64,000 nucleotides of DNA from Chiloscyllium plagiosum (lineage: Eukaryota): contig NC_057718.1 in the NCBI RefSeq assembly GCF_004010195.1, forward strand, positions 76,407,642 to 76,471,641, in the 5' to 3' direction. The translations under genes were made by a program, and so were the position numbers. This document shows, piece by piece, positions 13,126-24,784 of the stretch (position 1 is the stretch's first letter; each line of letters starts with the position of its first letter). The notes under the pieces are model-generated. The model saw nothing but the letters and a program-made list of their open reading frames with translations, was not told where the DNA came from and searched no databases.

Positions 13126-15457
13126 TCCCTCCCTTTTAAGTCGGCAGACATAGAGCAGTTCCTTTTCTTGTAGCTCCTTCTGTGGCATTTTGGCAACAGG
13201 TCATGTCCTTCTGTCACTGCCTTGGATACAGGCAAATATAATAGCTCGCCTTTTGTGCCTGGAGTATCTCGGAAGAAATTCTGCAAATCCCATGCCCATC
13301 TCAAATTCCGAGATCTCTTCAACACTTGATAGAGAGAGAGAACCCAATGGTTCTGCAGTCTTTCCAACTATTCCGAGGAGCTGGGCCCATTTTGCTCCCA
13401 GACAGTTTGCAGCTTTCATGTGGTCCACGTGCTTGTTCAGCATCATTGCGCATACCCAAACTTTATATGTCACTGGACCAGGCATCATATCGTCCATGCC
13501 TCCTAACCATACAGGGCCATTCTCATGGTTCCTACATCAAACTTCTTCCCTTGAGGTAAACTGTTCTCTCTCAGTTAGTGGAGTCTTCTGGCCGGCACTG
13601 GCGTTCCTGCTGCTGTTTCATTCACCTCCTCCAGGACTGGGAAGATCAGATTTAATCCGGTGCAGAGTCTTCTCCTCATTAGCAACATTGCTGGAGCTAA
13701 TTCTTTAGTGGTATGAGTGGCAATCTTATAATCAAATAGGAACCAGGACAGTTCAGTATCTAGTGAAGCTGTAGGCTGTTTCTTTAAGCTTGCCTTCAAA
13801 AGTTTAGACTGCTCTTTTTGCCAGGCCATTGGATGATGAATGGTATGGAGCTGTCTTTATATGTCAAATGTCATTGGGCTTTAGGAAATACTCAAATTCC
13901 CTGCTGATAAACGATGGCCTATTATCTGAGACCAACATTCCAGGGAGCCCATGAATTGCAAAGGATGCATGCAGTTTTTTTTTATCATCGTCTCCGTGTT
14001 TGACAAATGAACTTTATGCATATCCAACCACTTTGAGCAGGTGTCCACAGTAACAAAGAACATTGAGCCCAAGATGGACCTGCATGGTCGATGTGTAACC
14101 AAATCCAGGGTTTATCTGGCCATTCCCACAAATGTTGGAGAGTTGCTGGTGGTAACTATTGTCCTTGTTGATACTCTGGGCTATGCCCCACCAATATGGC
14201 TGTGTCTGCATCCACCTGTGGCCACCAGGCATAATTTCTCACCAACATCTTCATTTTGGAAACCTTGGATGACCCTAGTAGAGTTGAGCCAGTATCTGAG
14301 TGGTAACATGTGCTCAGAACAACTACTCTTCCTCTCCACAATAATATGCACTCCTCTATTGTGATCTGGTCTCTCCTGTTCAAAAGGCTTCAGTTCTAGT
14401 TATGACCGTCTTTTAGTTTTCCCCATCAACACCAACCATATCAGTTTTACCAGGACTGGATCTTTCTGTGTCCATAGTCTGATATTGTCGGCTGTGACTG
14501 GAAGTGTGTCCAGAACATATAAAACTATTACAAACTCTTCCAATGGCAGTACCACTTGCAGTGTATCTGCCAGTGGAAGGTAGCTTAATGCAAAGGCATT
14601 CATTACTTGGCCTCCGGGACAGCTACAACTTGTAATTATACACACTTGGTATCAGAGTCCACTGCTGAATTCAGCCTGAAGCTATGGATGGCACTACCTT
14701 TCCTCTTCAAGTAGACGTAGTAGGGATTTGTGGTCCATTATAATGACAAATTTTCATCTGTAAAGGTATTGGGGGAACTTCCTGACTTCAAATATGACCA
14801 CCAAACCTTTCTTCTTTATCTGTATTTACTCTCTGCACTAGCCTAAGTCTCGGATGCATACCCTATTGGACACTCCTCCCCATTGGGTCACCTATGAACT
14901 AATACTACCCTGATGGCATACAGGGAGGTATCACATGTCAATACCAGATCATTGTGTATCAATACCTTAGAGGATGACAGATGTTTCTTCACTTCCCTGG
15001 AAGCTATGGCTTGGCTGCATGACCATTTCCATTGCTGATCCTTTTTTAGGGGTTGATGTGAAGTTTCCAGGATGGAAAGTATGAACTTTTCATAATAATT
15101 CACATGCTCAAGGAAAGACCTAAGCTCCGATGTAGGCGTGGGAGCTGGGGCACTTTTGATCGTCTTCACGTTATCTTTTAATGGGTCTAACCCAGTCTTG
15201 TTGACTTTGTAGCCCAAGCACTTGGGATGCCTGTAACAGACATTGTTCCCTTCTTAGGCATATGTCTGCTTGGGAGAATACATCTAAGGACTACATCCAA
15301 GTTTTCTAAATGCTCGTTATTGATCTTCCCAGTTATTGGCACGTGATCTAGATAAATGGTGACCTGGGGTAGACCCTGAAAAATGTTCTCCATCACCCGA
15401 TGAAAAAGTGTATAGGCTGACAATATTCCAAATGGCAGTCTCATATATTGATACAAA

Positions 15458-15552
15458 TTCTGGATTAGAGTTGCTGGAAAAGCACAGCAGTTCAGGCAGC
15501 ATCCGAGGAGCAGTAAAATCGACGTTTTGGGCAAAAGCCCTTCATCAGGAAT
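15458..15552 (-). mobile_element. PLE 3'-end piece with hammerhead core, inserted in the Gypsy RT
   Basis: Splits INTHKGL|YQYMRLPFG. Minus strand reads CCTGATGAAGGGCTTTTGCCCAAAACGTCGA. Confidence 0.85.
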
Positions 15553-16576
15553 GCAAACCTTTATGGGTATTAATTATAGCATACTTATGGGAATCCTCAT
15601 CTAACTGCAATTGTAATGACACATGGCTCATATCCAGCTTTGTGAAGGACAACTCTCCTGCTAGCTTTGCATATAAATCTTCTATGCGAGAGATTGAATA
15701 TTTATCCAGCTGGAAAAAGCAGTTTGCTGTTTGTTTAGTATCCCTACAAAGACAAACTGACCTGTGGGCTTCAAAATTGGTATGATGGGTACTGCCCATT
15801 GCACGAACTAGACTGATTTGATGATTCCTTTGCTTTCCAACTTTTTGATTTCTGCCTCTACTTTTGCCCAAAAGGCAAATGGCACTGGGCACGCCTTGCA
15901 GAATTATGGAATTGCGTCTTAGTCAATACCTTTGATAGTCCCTAGACCTTCCTGGAACACTTCCGGGTATTTAATTAGGATTTCACTAAGGCAATCATTT
16001 TCTAATCGAAAAATGTTGAGCCAATTTAAGTGAATCTCACTCAACCAATTTCGCCCCATCAAACCTGGTTAAAGCCTTTTACTATAGTCACTGGTAATGG
16101 AACTAGCTGCTTTCCATAAAAGAGTGGAACTGAACTGTAAAGGTTCCCCAGTATAGGTTCTCAGTCTAGCCCAGGTCTTACATAAGTTAAAGGGTTTGAG
16201 TTCAGAACGAGTTTTGTTCAAGATTGATTCTGCAATCACTGATACAGCCACCCGGAATTGACCTCCATTAGAACCAGATGACCATTGAACCAAACATTTA
16301 TTTTGATTGGACCTGATTTGGATGTTGTTAAACAACTTATGTAGGTGAACTTCCTGGTGTGTGCACACTCCTGGATACTGACCTATGTGTTCTCTTAATC
16401 CATTTAGGTTTGGCAGGACTCCTTTGCTGTCATGAGTCTGCCTACCGGCAGCAACTACAATGACTTGCCACCCTGGACCCTAAAGAAAATTTTAACCTTT
16501 TGGCCAAGGCTTGGTTTTGTTTTAGGGTTTTACTTGGGCTGACCTAGAGTCCCTTTGTTCAGAATATATCCTGAGT

Positions 16577-16695
16577 TCTGCAAAAGCCCTTCGTTGTTTT
16601 TCCTGCTCCTTGGATGGTGCCTGACCTGCTGTGCTTTTCCAGCACCACTCTAATCTAGACTTTGATCTCCAGCATCTGCAGTCCTCACTTTCGTC
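16577..16695 (+). mobile_element. PLE-derived mini-element in the Gypsy gag region
   Basis: GGATGGTGCCTGACCTGCTGTGCTTTTCCAGC...CATCTGCAGTCCTCACTTT, flanked by ATCCTGAG direct repeats. Confidence 0.8.
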
Positions 16696-19094
16696 TACAT
16701 CCTGAGCGAGGCTATTCAATTACCTGCACTCAAATGGTGCTTCCCAAGCTCAGTCGACCTGACGAGGGTGTCCACTTCCATCAGAATACCCTGCAGCTCA
16801 TATGCTCCACTTGCTGTACATTCCAATGACTTTGTGCCTGTCTGAAGTCCAGTGATGGTTTTACATGGCTATACCATTAATCCCAGATAGCAATTGGTTT
16901 CTCAGCATCTCATTAAGGGTTAAACCAAAGTCACATGCCTCTGCCAGTCATCTTAACCTTATCAAAAATCCCAACATGATTCCCCGGTTCTTGAATTGCG
17001 AGTGAAAATGATAGAGCCTCAGATTTAGATGAGGCTTGAGGTTGTAATATTCCTTAACTAAATCTGTCAACTTAGGCCCCACTCCTAGGGGAACCACCAC
17101 CTTCATCAAAAATGGAATACAGATTAGCAACAGTATAGACTCAGGGGACTTCTGCAGAAGGATCTATGTCCCCATGACTGCGAATACGATAAGCAGACAT
17201 AAGCAGCTTGCTGACCCTGTGCATTAGTCTGATTCTCTGAGACTCATGCTGTAACGTTATCACTCTCCAGTTGGGGTCTGTGATGGCCCTGGGACATCTC
17301 TTGCCTTGTTCACCAAGGACAAGCCTTGTAATGTTGTAGAGCTTACAGTAAAAGTGAAGATAATGCATACATTGAAAACATTTCACTAAAGGCAGGAAAT
17401 TCACTCTGACTGGAGGCCAAAGACCAAATCTTCAGTTGCATGCTTGCTATATGTGGTCAAGACATGGCTAGAAGATTGTCTGGCCTTTTAAAGAGGGAGG
17501 TCTTAATTACTAAAGTTTACCTCAATGACAAGAATCTGATTTTTGGTTCTCTTGCCAGTTTAAATCTTTACACTCACCTTGGAGGTGAGGCAGGAAGATC
17601 ACGCAAGGCCTTCCCATCTAGCATTTAATTTGAATGGCGACAGGAAACGGTGGGGTTCTGGAAGGCCAAAAGCAACCTATTTAGGTTGTATTCCTACCAT
17701 TCTAATGGAATATTCAGTTTGACAGGTATCCGATCAAAAAAAACATATCATATTCCTTTTCCACCCAGTGAAAGTGTAAAAAGCCTGTTACTCCATTGGA
17801 ATTGTCAATAATCCATACAATGCTGCTAAGGATATCATTATCTCTTAACGCATTACAGTGTTTCAAATACATGTGTTGGCCTCTAAATAAACATTGTGTT
17901 CAGCACACAATGTTGCTGGTGAACAATTTCACTCATGTCATTGAACACTAACTCTAATACCTCTGATTTTGTTTGGATTATATTGGTTGCAGTTGTACAT
18001 TTATTTTTCGGTAGTAGTAGCAATAACAAAACAGCAACCTACTGAACATTTGTGGAGGTGCCGGTGTTGGACTGGGTGGACAAAGACAGAAGTCACACGA
18101 CACCAGGTTATAGTCTAACAGGTTTATTTGAAATCACAAGCTTTCGGAGAACTGCTCTTGTATCAGTTGAAGTGGAGGGAAGCGCATAGGCACAGGATTT
18201 ATAGGTGCAGATCATTGCAAGATAATTCCAGGTGATTAGGAGTGTCAAAAGATAGTACAAGTGGTGTGAGTGGAGTGTCAACAGACTGAATAACAAGTGT
18301 CTGCAGGTGATCAAAGGTGTCAAACGGCGTGAGTAAAGTGTCTACAGCTGAATAGTAAGTGAAGGGATGATCTATGATCCGATTAATTAAGGCAGAGAGC
18401 TAATTACAAAAAAATCAAAAAATAAGCTGGTGCTAGAGACAAACCAAATGGCTGGAATAACATGATGAGGGTCTAACCAAAGTAAGATGTAATCCAAAAC
18501 TGTACAGACTACTTGAGGTAGAGAAGTAACAACAAGTTATCAAGCTGAAAACAACAGTAAGGAATGTTTTGCAAACACAGAACAGTGTGGTGGAGACATA
18601 TATAGCAAGACATGAACCCAAGACCATAGTTGAGGCCGTCCTCATGGGTAGAGAATTTGACTATCTATTTCTGCATCTGTTGTGTATTTTGAAGGCCGCC
18701 TTGGAGGAAGCTTACCAGAAGCGAGGAGACTGAACATCCCTGACCGCTGAAGAGACCTCCCGACTGTGAGGGAACATTCCTGTCTGGTGATAGTTGCACA
18801 GAGTCCATTCATCTGTTGTCATAACATCTGCATGGTCTTGCCGATATACCATGCCTCGGTGCATCCTTTCCTGCAGTGTATGAGATAGACAACATTGGCT
18901 GAATCATATGAGTACCCTATCGCATATGTGGTAGGTGGTGTTCCCACATGTGATAATAGTATCCATGTTGATGATCTGGCATGTCTTGCAGAGGTTGCTG
19001 TGGCAGGGTTGTGTGATGCCTTCTCGCTGCTTTCCTGATGTTTACTATAAACGATGGTTTGTTTGAGCTTCAGCAGTTGTTTGAAGTCAAGAAG

Positions 19095-20830
19095 AGAGGG
19101 ACAGATAGAGAAAGGGAGAGAGAGAGAGAGAGAGACAGACAACGGGAGGAAGAGAGAGACACACACAAACAGAGGGATGGAGGGAGAGAGAGAGGGACAG
19201 CCAGAGGGAGAGAGAGAGAGAGGGACAGAGGGAGGGACAGAGAGAGAGAGAGAGACAGTCGGAGGAGGGAGAAAGAGATGAACAGAGAGAGGGAAAGTGG
19301 GAGAGAGAGAAAGAGAAAAGGACAGACAAGGAGAGAGAGGGAGATAAATGGTTGTGGGGTAGAGAGTGGGAGAGAGACAGTGACAAATGGGGGAGGAAGA
19401 AAGGGAGGGACACACAGGAGGGAGAGAGAATTCAAGAGGAGAAATGAGAGAAAAAGCCATGGGGACAGAAAGAGACAGAGTAAAGATCATACTGCAATAA
19501 TTACTAAGCAGCACTCTACCCCCTCTCCCCGGCACTGAATTCAAATCTGCCCCCAGGGAGAGACAAAGGAATAAAGAGATACACAGGCAGACAAAGAGTG
19601 CAACCCCCAGAGAGAGATACAGAGGGATAGAGAGAGAGACACATAGGCGGACAGAGAGTGCAACCCCAGGAGAGAGATACAGAGGGATAGAGAGAGACAC
19701 AGGTGGTCAGAGAGTGCAACCACCATAGAAAGACAGAGGGATAGAGAGACACAAGCAGACAGAGAGTGCAACCCCCAGAGAGAGAGAGAGAGAGAGAGAG
19801 AGACAAAGGAATAAAGAGATACACAGGCAGAGAAAGAGTGCAACTCCCAGAGAGAGATACAGAGGGGTAGAGAGAGACAGGCGGACAGAGAGTGCAACCC
19901 CCAGAGAGAGATACAGAGGGATAGAGAGAGACACACACAGGCGGACAGAGAGTGCAACCCCCAGAGAGAGATACAGAGAGATAGAGAGAGAGACACAGGT
20001 GGTCAGAGAGTGCAACCACCAGAGAAAGACAGAGGGATAGAGAGACACAGGCAGATGGAGAGTAAAACTCCCAGGGAGAGACACAGAGGAATAGAGAGCA
20101 AGTAACTCAGGTAGAGACAGACAGAGACAGGGAGAAATCCCAGGGAGAGAAACAGTGCAAGACAGAGACAGAGAGAGAGAAACACAGAGAGATGTGTAGA
20201 GGGGAACAGAAAGATCCCAGAGAGAAATAGAAGGACAGACAAAAGAGAAAGAAACAGGGACAGTGAGAGTGTGAAACCCAGGGTGGGGAAAGAGGACAGA
20301 AAGAGACAAAGAAAGATAAAGAAAGAGAGTGAGAGAAAAACAGTCAGGGAGAGAGACAAAGGGAGGAGAGAGAATTATCCCAAGGAGAGTGACAGAGAGA
20401 GAGAAGACAAAAACACAATGGAGAGATATAGAAGGACAGACAGAGGAAGGGAGAGAAATCCCATTGTGAACAAGGAAAAGGGCAGAGAGGGAAAGGGAGA
20501 AATAAACCCAGGGAGGGACAAATAGAGAGAAGGACGAAGAGGGAGAGAGAAATCCCAGGGAGAGAACGGGAAAGGACAGATAGAGAGAGAAATCTCAGAG
20601 AGCGAGCGAGAAAGGACAGTAGAGAGAGAGAAAACCCAAGGAGAGAACGGGAAAGGACAGATAAGAGACTGGGAGGAGAGACACAAGGACAGAGAGGAAT
20701 CAAGGGAGAGAAGAGCAGACAAGGAGATGTCATCGAGAGCAAGTGATGGAGGGACAAAGAGTGGGGATGCTGATAGATTGACCCTCTGGCAGGAACAGCA
20801 AAATCCCACAAGGCAGAGCGAGAAACGTGT
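19095..20830 (+). repeat. GA-rich low-complexity tract with an embedded 52-72-bp minisatellite (about 19545-20100)
   Basis: (GA)n and (GAGACA)n runs. Anchor AGAGTGCAACCCCCAGAGAGAGATACAGAGGGATAG recurs about 9 times. Confidence 0.95.
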
Positions 20831-21164
20831 GGAGAGAGGTGTTTGGGAAATCTTAGAGATCAGAAAGACTGGATGACGGAACAGTTCCACAAAAACCCGG
20901 GGAGGGGTGAGAGAGTTGGAGGTTGGGCTCTGCAGGGAGGCGGGGGGGTGGATGTGGAGAGTGAACAGAGGGGAGATGTGTGGGAGACAGGGATTTATAG
21001 AACGCTGTGGGAGGGTTAGGCAACTGGAAATATGGAGGCAGAGAGAGAGAGAGACAGGGATGCAGTGAAATCTGTAGGATTAGACTGTGCAGCAGCCCAT
21101 TTTTGTCCCTTTGTTCACACCCCTGCAGCCCAGAGCTCACTCCCTTATGGTACAAACCCCAGAG

Positions 21165-21590
21165 AGAATAGGTTGGGGCTGTTTTCCCTGTAGCATCAGA
21201 GGCTGAGGAGTGGCCTTATAGAGGTTTATAAAGTCATGAGGAGCCTGGATAGGATAAATAGATAAGTCTTTTCTCTGGGGTGAGGGAGTCCAGAACTAGA
21301 GGGCATAGGTTTGAGGTGAGAAGGGAAAGATTTAAAAAGGACCTAAGGGGCAACTTTTTCATGCACAGGGTGGTGCATGTATGGAATGAGCTGCCGAGGA
21401 AGTGATGGAAGCTGGTATAATTGCAACATTTAAAAAGGCACCCGAATGGGTACAGGAATAGGAACAGTTTGGAGAGATATGGGCCAAATGTTGGGAAATG
21501 GGACTAAATTAATTTAGGCTATCTGGTCGGCATGGATGAGTTGGACCGAAGGGTCTGCTTCCATGTTGTACGTCTCTATGACTCTCTGAT
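21165..21590 (+). mobile_element. CR1 3' end
   Basis: GGCTGTTTTCCCTG...CTTATAGAGGTTTATAAA...CTCTATGACTCT tail. Confidence 0.92.
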
Positions 21591-21655
21591 AAGTGGAGGC
21601 ATAGGAATGACTTTGGAGAGATGTTCGTCTTCATCTATGACGTGTTGAAGGCTAC

Positions 21656-21879
21656 TGAAAAATGTGTTGCTGGAAAAGCGCAGCAGGTCAGGCAGCATCC
21701 CAGGAGTAGGAGAATCGACGTTTCGGGCATAAGCCCTTCTTCAGGAATCTTCAGGAATCTTCAGGCTTATGCCCAAAACGTCGATTCTCCTGCTCCTGGG
21801 ATGTTGCCTGACCTGCTGCGTTTTTCCAGCAACACATTTTTCAGCTCTGATCTCCAGCATCTGCAGTCCTCACTTTCTC
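21656..21879. mobile_element. Fold-back PLE-derived mini-element with intact hammerhead core
   Basis: Inverted repeat. Minus strand CCTGAAGAAGGGCTTATGCCCGAAACGTCGA (about 21715-21745). Exact 15-bp TSD CGTGTTGAAGGCTAC at 21641-21655 and 21880-21894. Confidence 0.92.
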
Positions 21880-22329
21880 CGTGTTGAAGGCTACGACGAA
21901 CATGGCGTAGTTTATTCACTCTGAGGAAGTACTGTATCTGTTGTGTCCCGTATCTGTCTTCTGAGGAGGTCATTGTACTTTTTCGCTGTGGCACATCGAT
22001 GTACTGGTGATCGATAAGTTGAACATCACATCCTGTTCTTATGAGGACAGCTTTCAGCATCTTTAGGTGTCCGTCGCATTCCTCCTCATCTGAGCTGATT
22101 CTGTGTGTACGCAGGGCTTGTCTGTAGGGGTTGGCTTCTTTAATACGTTTAGGGTGGAAGCTAGAGAAGTGAAGCATCGTGAAGTTATCCCTTGGCTTGT
22201 GGGAGAGTGAAATTTGGCAATGTTTGGGTACAAAATCTTATCTAATCAATAGATTTCATTTGACCACATCCGTCACCCTGCCAACGTGCTACTCCCATTG
22301 TTCAGTGATAAAAGTTCAGAAATGTTATG

Positions 22330-22470
22330 ATGAGGTAAAAAAAGAACTGCAGATTCTGGACGTCTGAAACAAATAAAAACAGAAATTATTGGAGAAACAT
22401 GATAGATCTGGCAGCATCTGCAAAGAGAAAACACCAATAATGTTTCGAGTCAAGTGACAAATTTCAGAAT
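22330..22470 (-). mobile_element. Old PLE 3'-end fragment
   Basis: AACTGCAGATTCTGG...ACAGAAATTATTGGAG...CTGGCAGCATCTG...AATGTTTCGAGTC...TTCAGAA matches the other PLE tails in the window. Confidence 0.65.
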
Positions 22471-23611
22471 GAAAGGAGTGTCAATGAATCCTGGGACTCT
22501 CCACTTTGATATTGCTTTTTGATGATTATTCCTATCCTACCTTATTTTCACTGTCAGCAGCAAGACCTCTCACAAACAAGCTATTCCGTTTGCACTTTAT
22601 TGTATTTTGCAATTGTTCCCAGAATATTCTTCCCCGTTTCCCTTGGCAACTTCTGCTACTGATTTTTATTTTCAGAACTGGAAGCTTGAACTTTCATTGT
22701 GTAGCCTAACTACAACCTCTGATCTATTGTCTTTTGTTTTTCTATCCATATATTCTGCAATCAGTATATCCAAAACCTTTATTGTATGGAAGCAAATGAA
22801 AGATCTCTTTGACAATCTTCGCTTACAACTCCTGATATATATGTAACTTTTTTGCTGTATTCCATTTCTGGATCTCCAGTTTTAGACAATTTGTTACTGT
22901 TATATTGTTTCCCATATTATTATTATTAATCTCATATTATAACAGTATCTCAGTATTGGGCATGTCCTATGATAGGTGACAATCTTCCTCATTGGTCATT
23001 TATCACAACTGCATATAGGGCCTTCCTATAGGGCCACACTTTGGTTGTCACGTTTTTGCTTTACCACAGTGACTATATTCCCTCTGCTTCAACTTCTTTT
23101 GGTTTAGTTGTGTCAGTATGACAGATGACTATTCAGAATCTGTCAATATTTATATGGGTGACTTTAGCTAAACCTCTGGGCATAATTTAGTGAAATTGCA
23201 GCACTGGTAATGAAAACTGTTAAGTAGAAGGAATCTAAACATGGTTCTTGGTTATTTCAAATGATGGGAGTTTGATTATTTCCTTTGGCAGCTTGTTCCA
23301 TTATGGGATTGCCTTCAGAAGGAAGGATTGTTGATACACTGTTTTGGAAACAAATGCAGATTACTTAATGTTTTCTCATTGCCATAGGAAACCAGATCTT
23401 ATGTCGGTTCTGAATAGTCCATTCCATATTTTATGGAACCTGGTCAGTTTACTTTTCTCCCAATGGTTCCTGGTAATGATTTCCATTCCAAATCTTTGAT
23501 CAAGGATGTGACATGATTACAAAATTGTGCAGCATGTCTTTAGATCACTTCAATCTTATTTGTATCATTAGCCATATCGGGAGCCTTCACACAACTTACA
23601 TACTCTGGGAC

Positions 23612-23813
23612 TTGGAGGTGCCTGTGTTGGACTGGGGTGGAAAAAGTTTAAAATCATACAACACCAGGTTGTAGTCCAACAGGTTTAATTGGAAGCACTA
23701 ACTTTCAGAGCGCCGCTCCTTTGTCAGATGGTCAGATGATCAACTACCTGATGAGAGCTAGTGCTTCCAAATAAACCTGTTGGACTATAACCTGGTGTTG
23801 TGTGATTTTTAAC
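23612..23813. mobile_element. Fold-back mini-element of the second PLE family
   Basis: Inverted repeat ACACCAGGTTGTAGTCCAACAGGTTTAATTGGAAGCACTA / TAGTGCTTCCAAATAAACCTGTTGGACTATAACCTGGTGT. Imperfect TSD TACATAC(T/A)CTGGG. Confidence 0.85.
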
Positions 23814-24000
23814 TACATACACTGGGTTTGGCAAGCAAATGTTTGGTGAGTTATAACTCTGATACTTTTGTAGCAATACCAAAGATTCTTCCTCAGAAAT
23901 CTATGAACCCTGTTTGTTTTGATGTTATTTGCTAAATATAGAATCCCCATTGAAGATTGTTTACTAGATGAACTGTCAGGTATAGTTATGTATTCTGCCT

Positions 24001-24133
24001 CATAGAGTCATAGAGATGTACAGCATGGAAACAGACCCTTCGGTCCAACTCGTCCATGCTGACCAGGTATCCTAACCCAATCTAGTCCTACCTGCCAGCA
24101 CCCAGCCCATATCCCTCCAAACTCTTCCTATTC
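24001..24133 (-). mobile_element. CR1 3' tail
   Basis: CATAGAGTCATAGAGATGTACAGCATGGAAACAGACC. Confidence 0.92.
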
Positions 24134-24784
24134 AAATAAACATCCTGTTAGAAAATTTGCTTGTAGAACTGAAAAGTTACCTGTTGGTGAATCCTTTTTG
24201 TTGTTGATGCACATAATATAGCAATTTTTTGCATTGAATGCCATCTCCTATTGGTCCTGGCCTTTTTGAAATTTCAGAAGATAATCTTGTGCCAATTCAT
24301 ATGATCTTACATGTTTCCTGATATGTAGACCACACATTCATCTACAAGTAGCTTAACTTTTGTTTTTAACTTGGAAAGTTGCTAATGTAAAATCAAGAAA
24401 GCAAAGGCTCCAACATAGTTCCCCGGGGCAATTTGAGCAGGACATCACAAGTAGATAATGATTCCTATCTCATACCACTAATGGGCTTTTTGTTAGTTAA
24501 GAGTTGCCGGATCCAATTTAATAATACCCTTCTGATCCCAAAGTAGTGGACTTTGTACAAGATTTTGGATGAGGAAATTTTTCAAAGTCTTCTGCGAAAT
24601 CTTGTAATGCCATTACAATAGTTTAATCTCTTTCAAGACTTGAATTTAGGTTATTGAGAGTCTGTAAAGGTTGTGTTTCAATAGCTCTTTTTAGCTAAGA
24701 AATATTGTGACTATTTATGAGGATTTTATGAGCTTCAAAATGCCCATGAATGATTTATTCAAACAATTTCCAATTCTTATGTAC

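Larger units (their letters stand above)
12890..17075 (-). mobile_element. Decayed Gypsy (Mag-like) LTR retrotransposon: gag, RT, RNase H, integrase and 3' LTR; 5' LTR not seen
   Basis: gag LTDLVKEYYNLKP. RT RIEDLYAKLAG...FTKLD...INTHKGL/YQYMRLPFG...IYLD. RNase H LVLTCDTS. Integrase KMKMLVRNYAWWPQVDAD and FFVTVDTCSKWLD; C-terminal GPVTYKV. Many frameshifts. Confidence 0.9.
18053..22205 (-). mobile_element. Penelope-like element (second family): RT thumb, GIY-YIG endonuclease and 3' end, interrupted by two insertions
   Basis: LHFSSFHPKRIKEANPYRQALR (21767-22177), SLQHVIDEDEHLSKVIPMPP|LLDFKQ across the insertions, then NVVYLIHCRKGCTEAWYIGKT (GIY-YIG-like, about 18830-18900). Confidence 0.88.
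23080..24780 (-). mobile_element. Old non-LTR RT fragment (CR1/L2 group, possibly Crack/Daphne-like)
   Basis: Minus-strand PRGTMLEP (cf. PQGSVLGP) near 24420 and VKLLVDEC (cf. VRLFADDC) near 24340. Confidence 0.5.

Noticed and set aside
13190..13708. 172-aa plus-strand ORF
   Set aside because: Antisense to the Gypsy integrase C-terminus; no independent coding evidence.
17140..17700. Possible Harbinger transposase remnant
   Set aside because: I could not read a convincing catalytic motif by eye.
18819..20890. Many long overlapping ORFs (up to 293 aa) rich in S/L/C or R/E/G
   Set aside because: Translations of GA/TC repeats that lack stops. Only the C-terminal end of 18819-19700 is real (PLE endonuclease).
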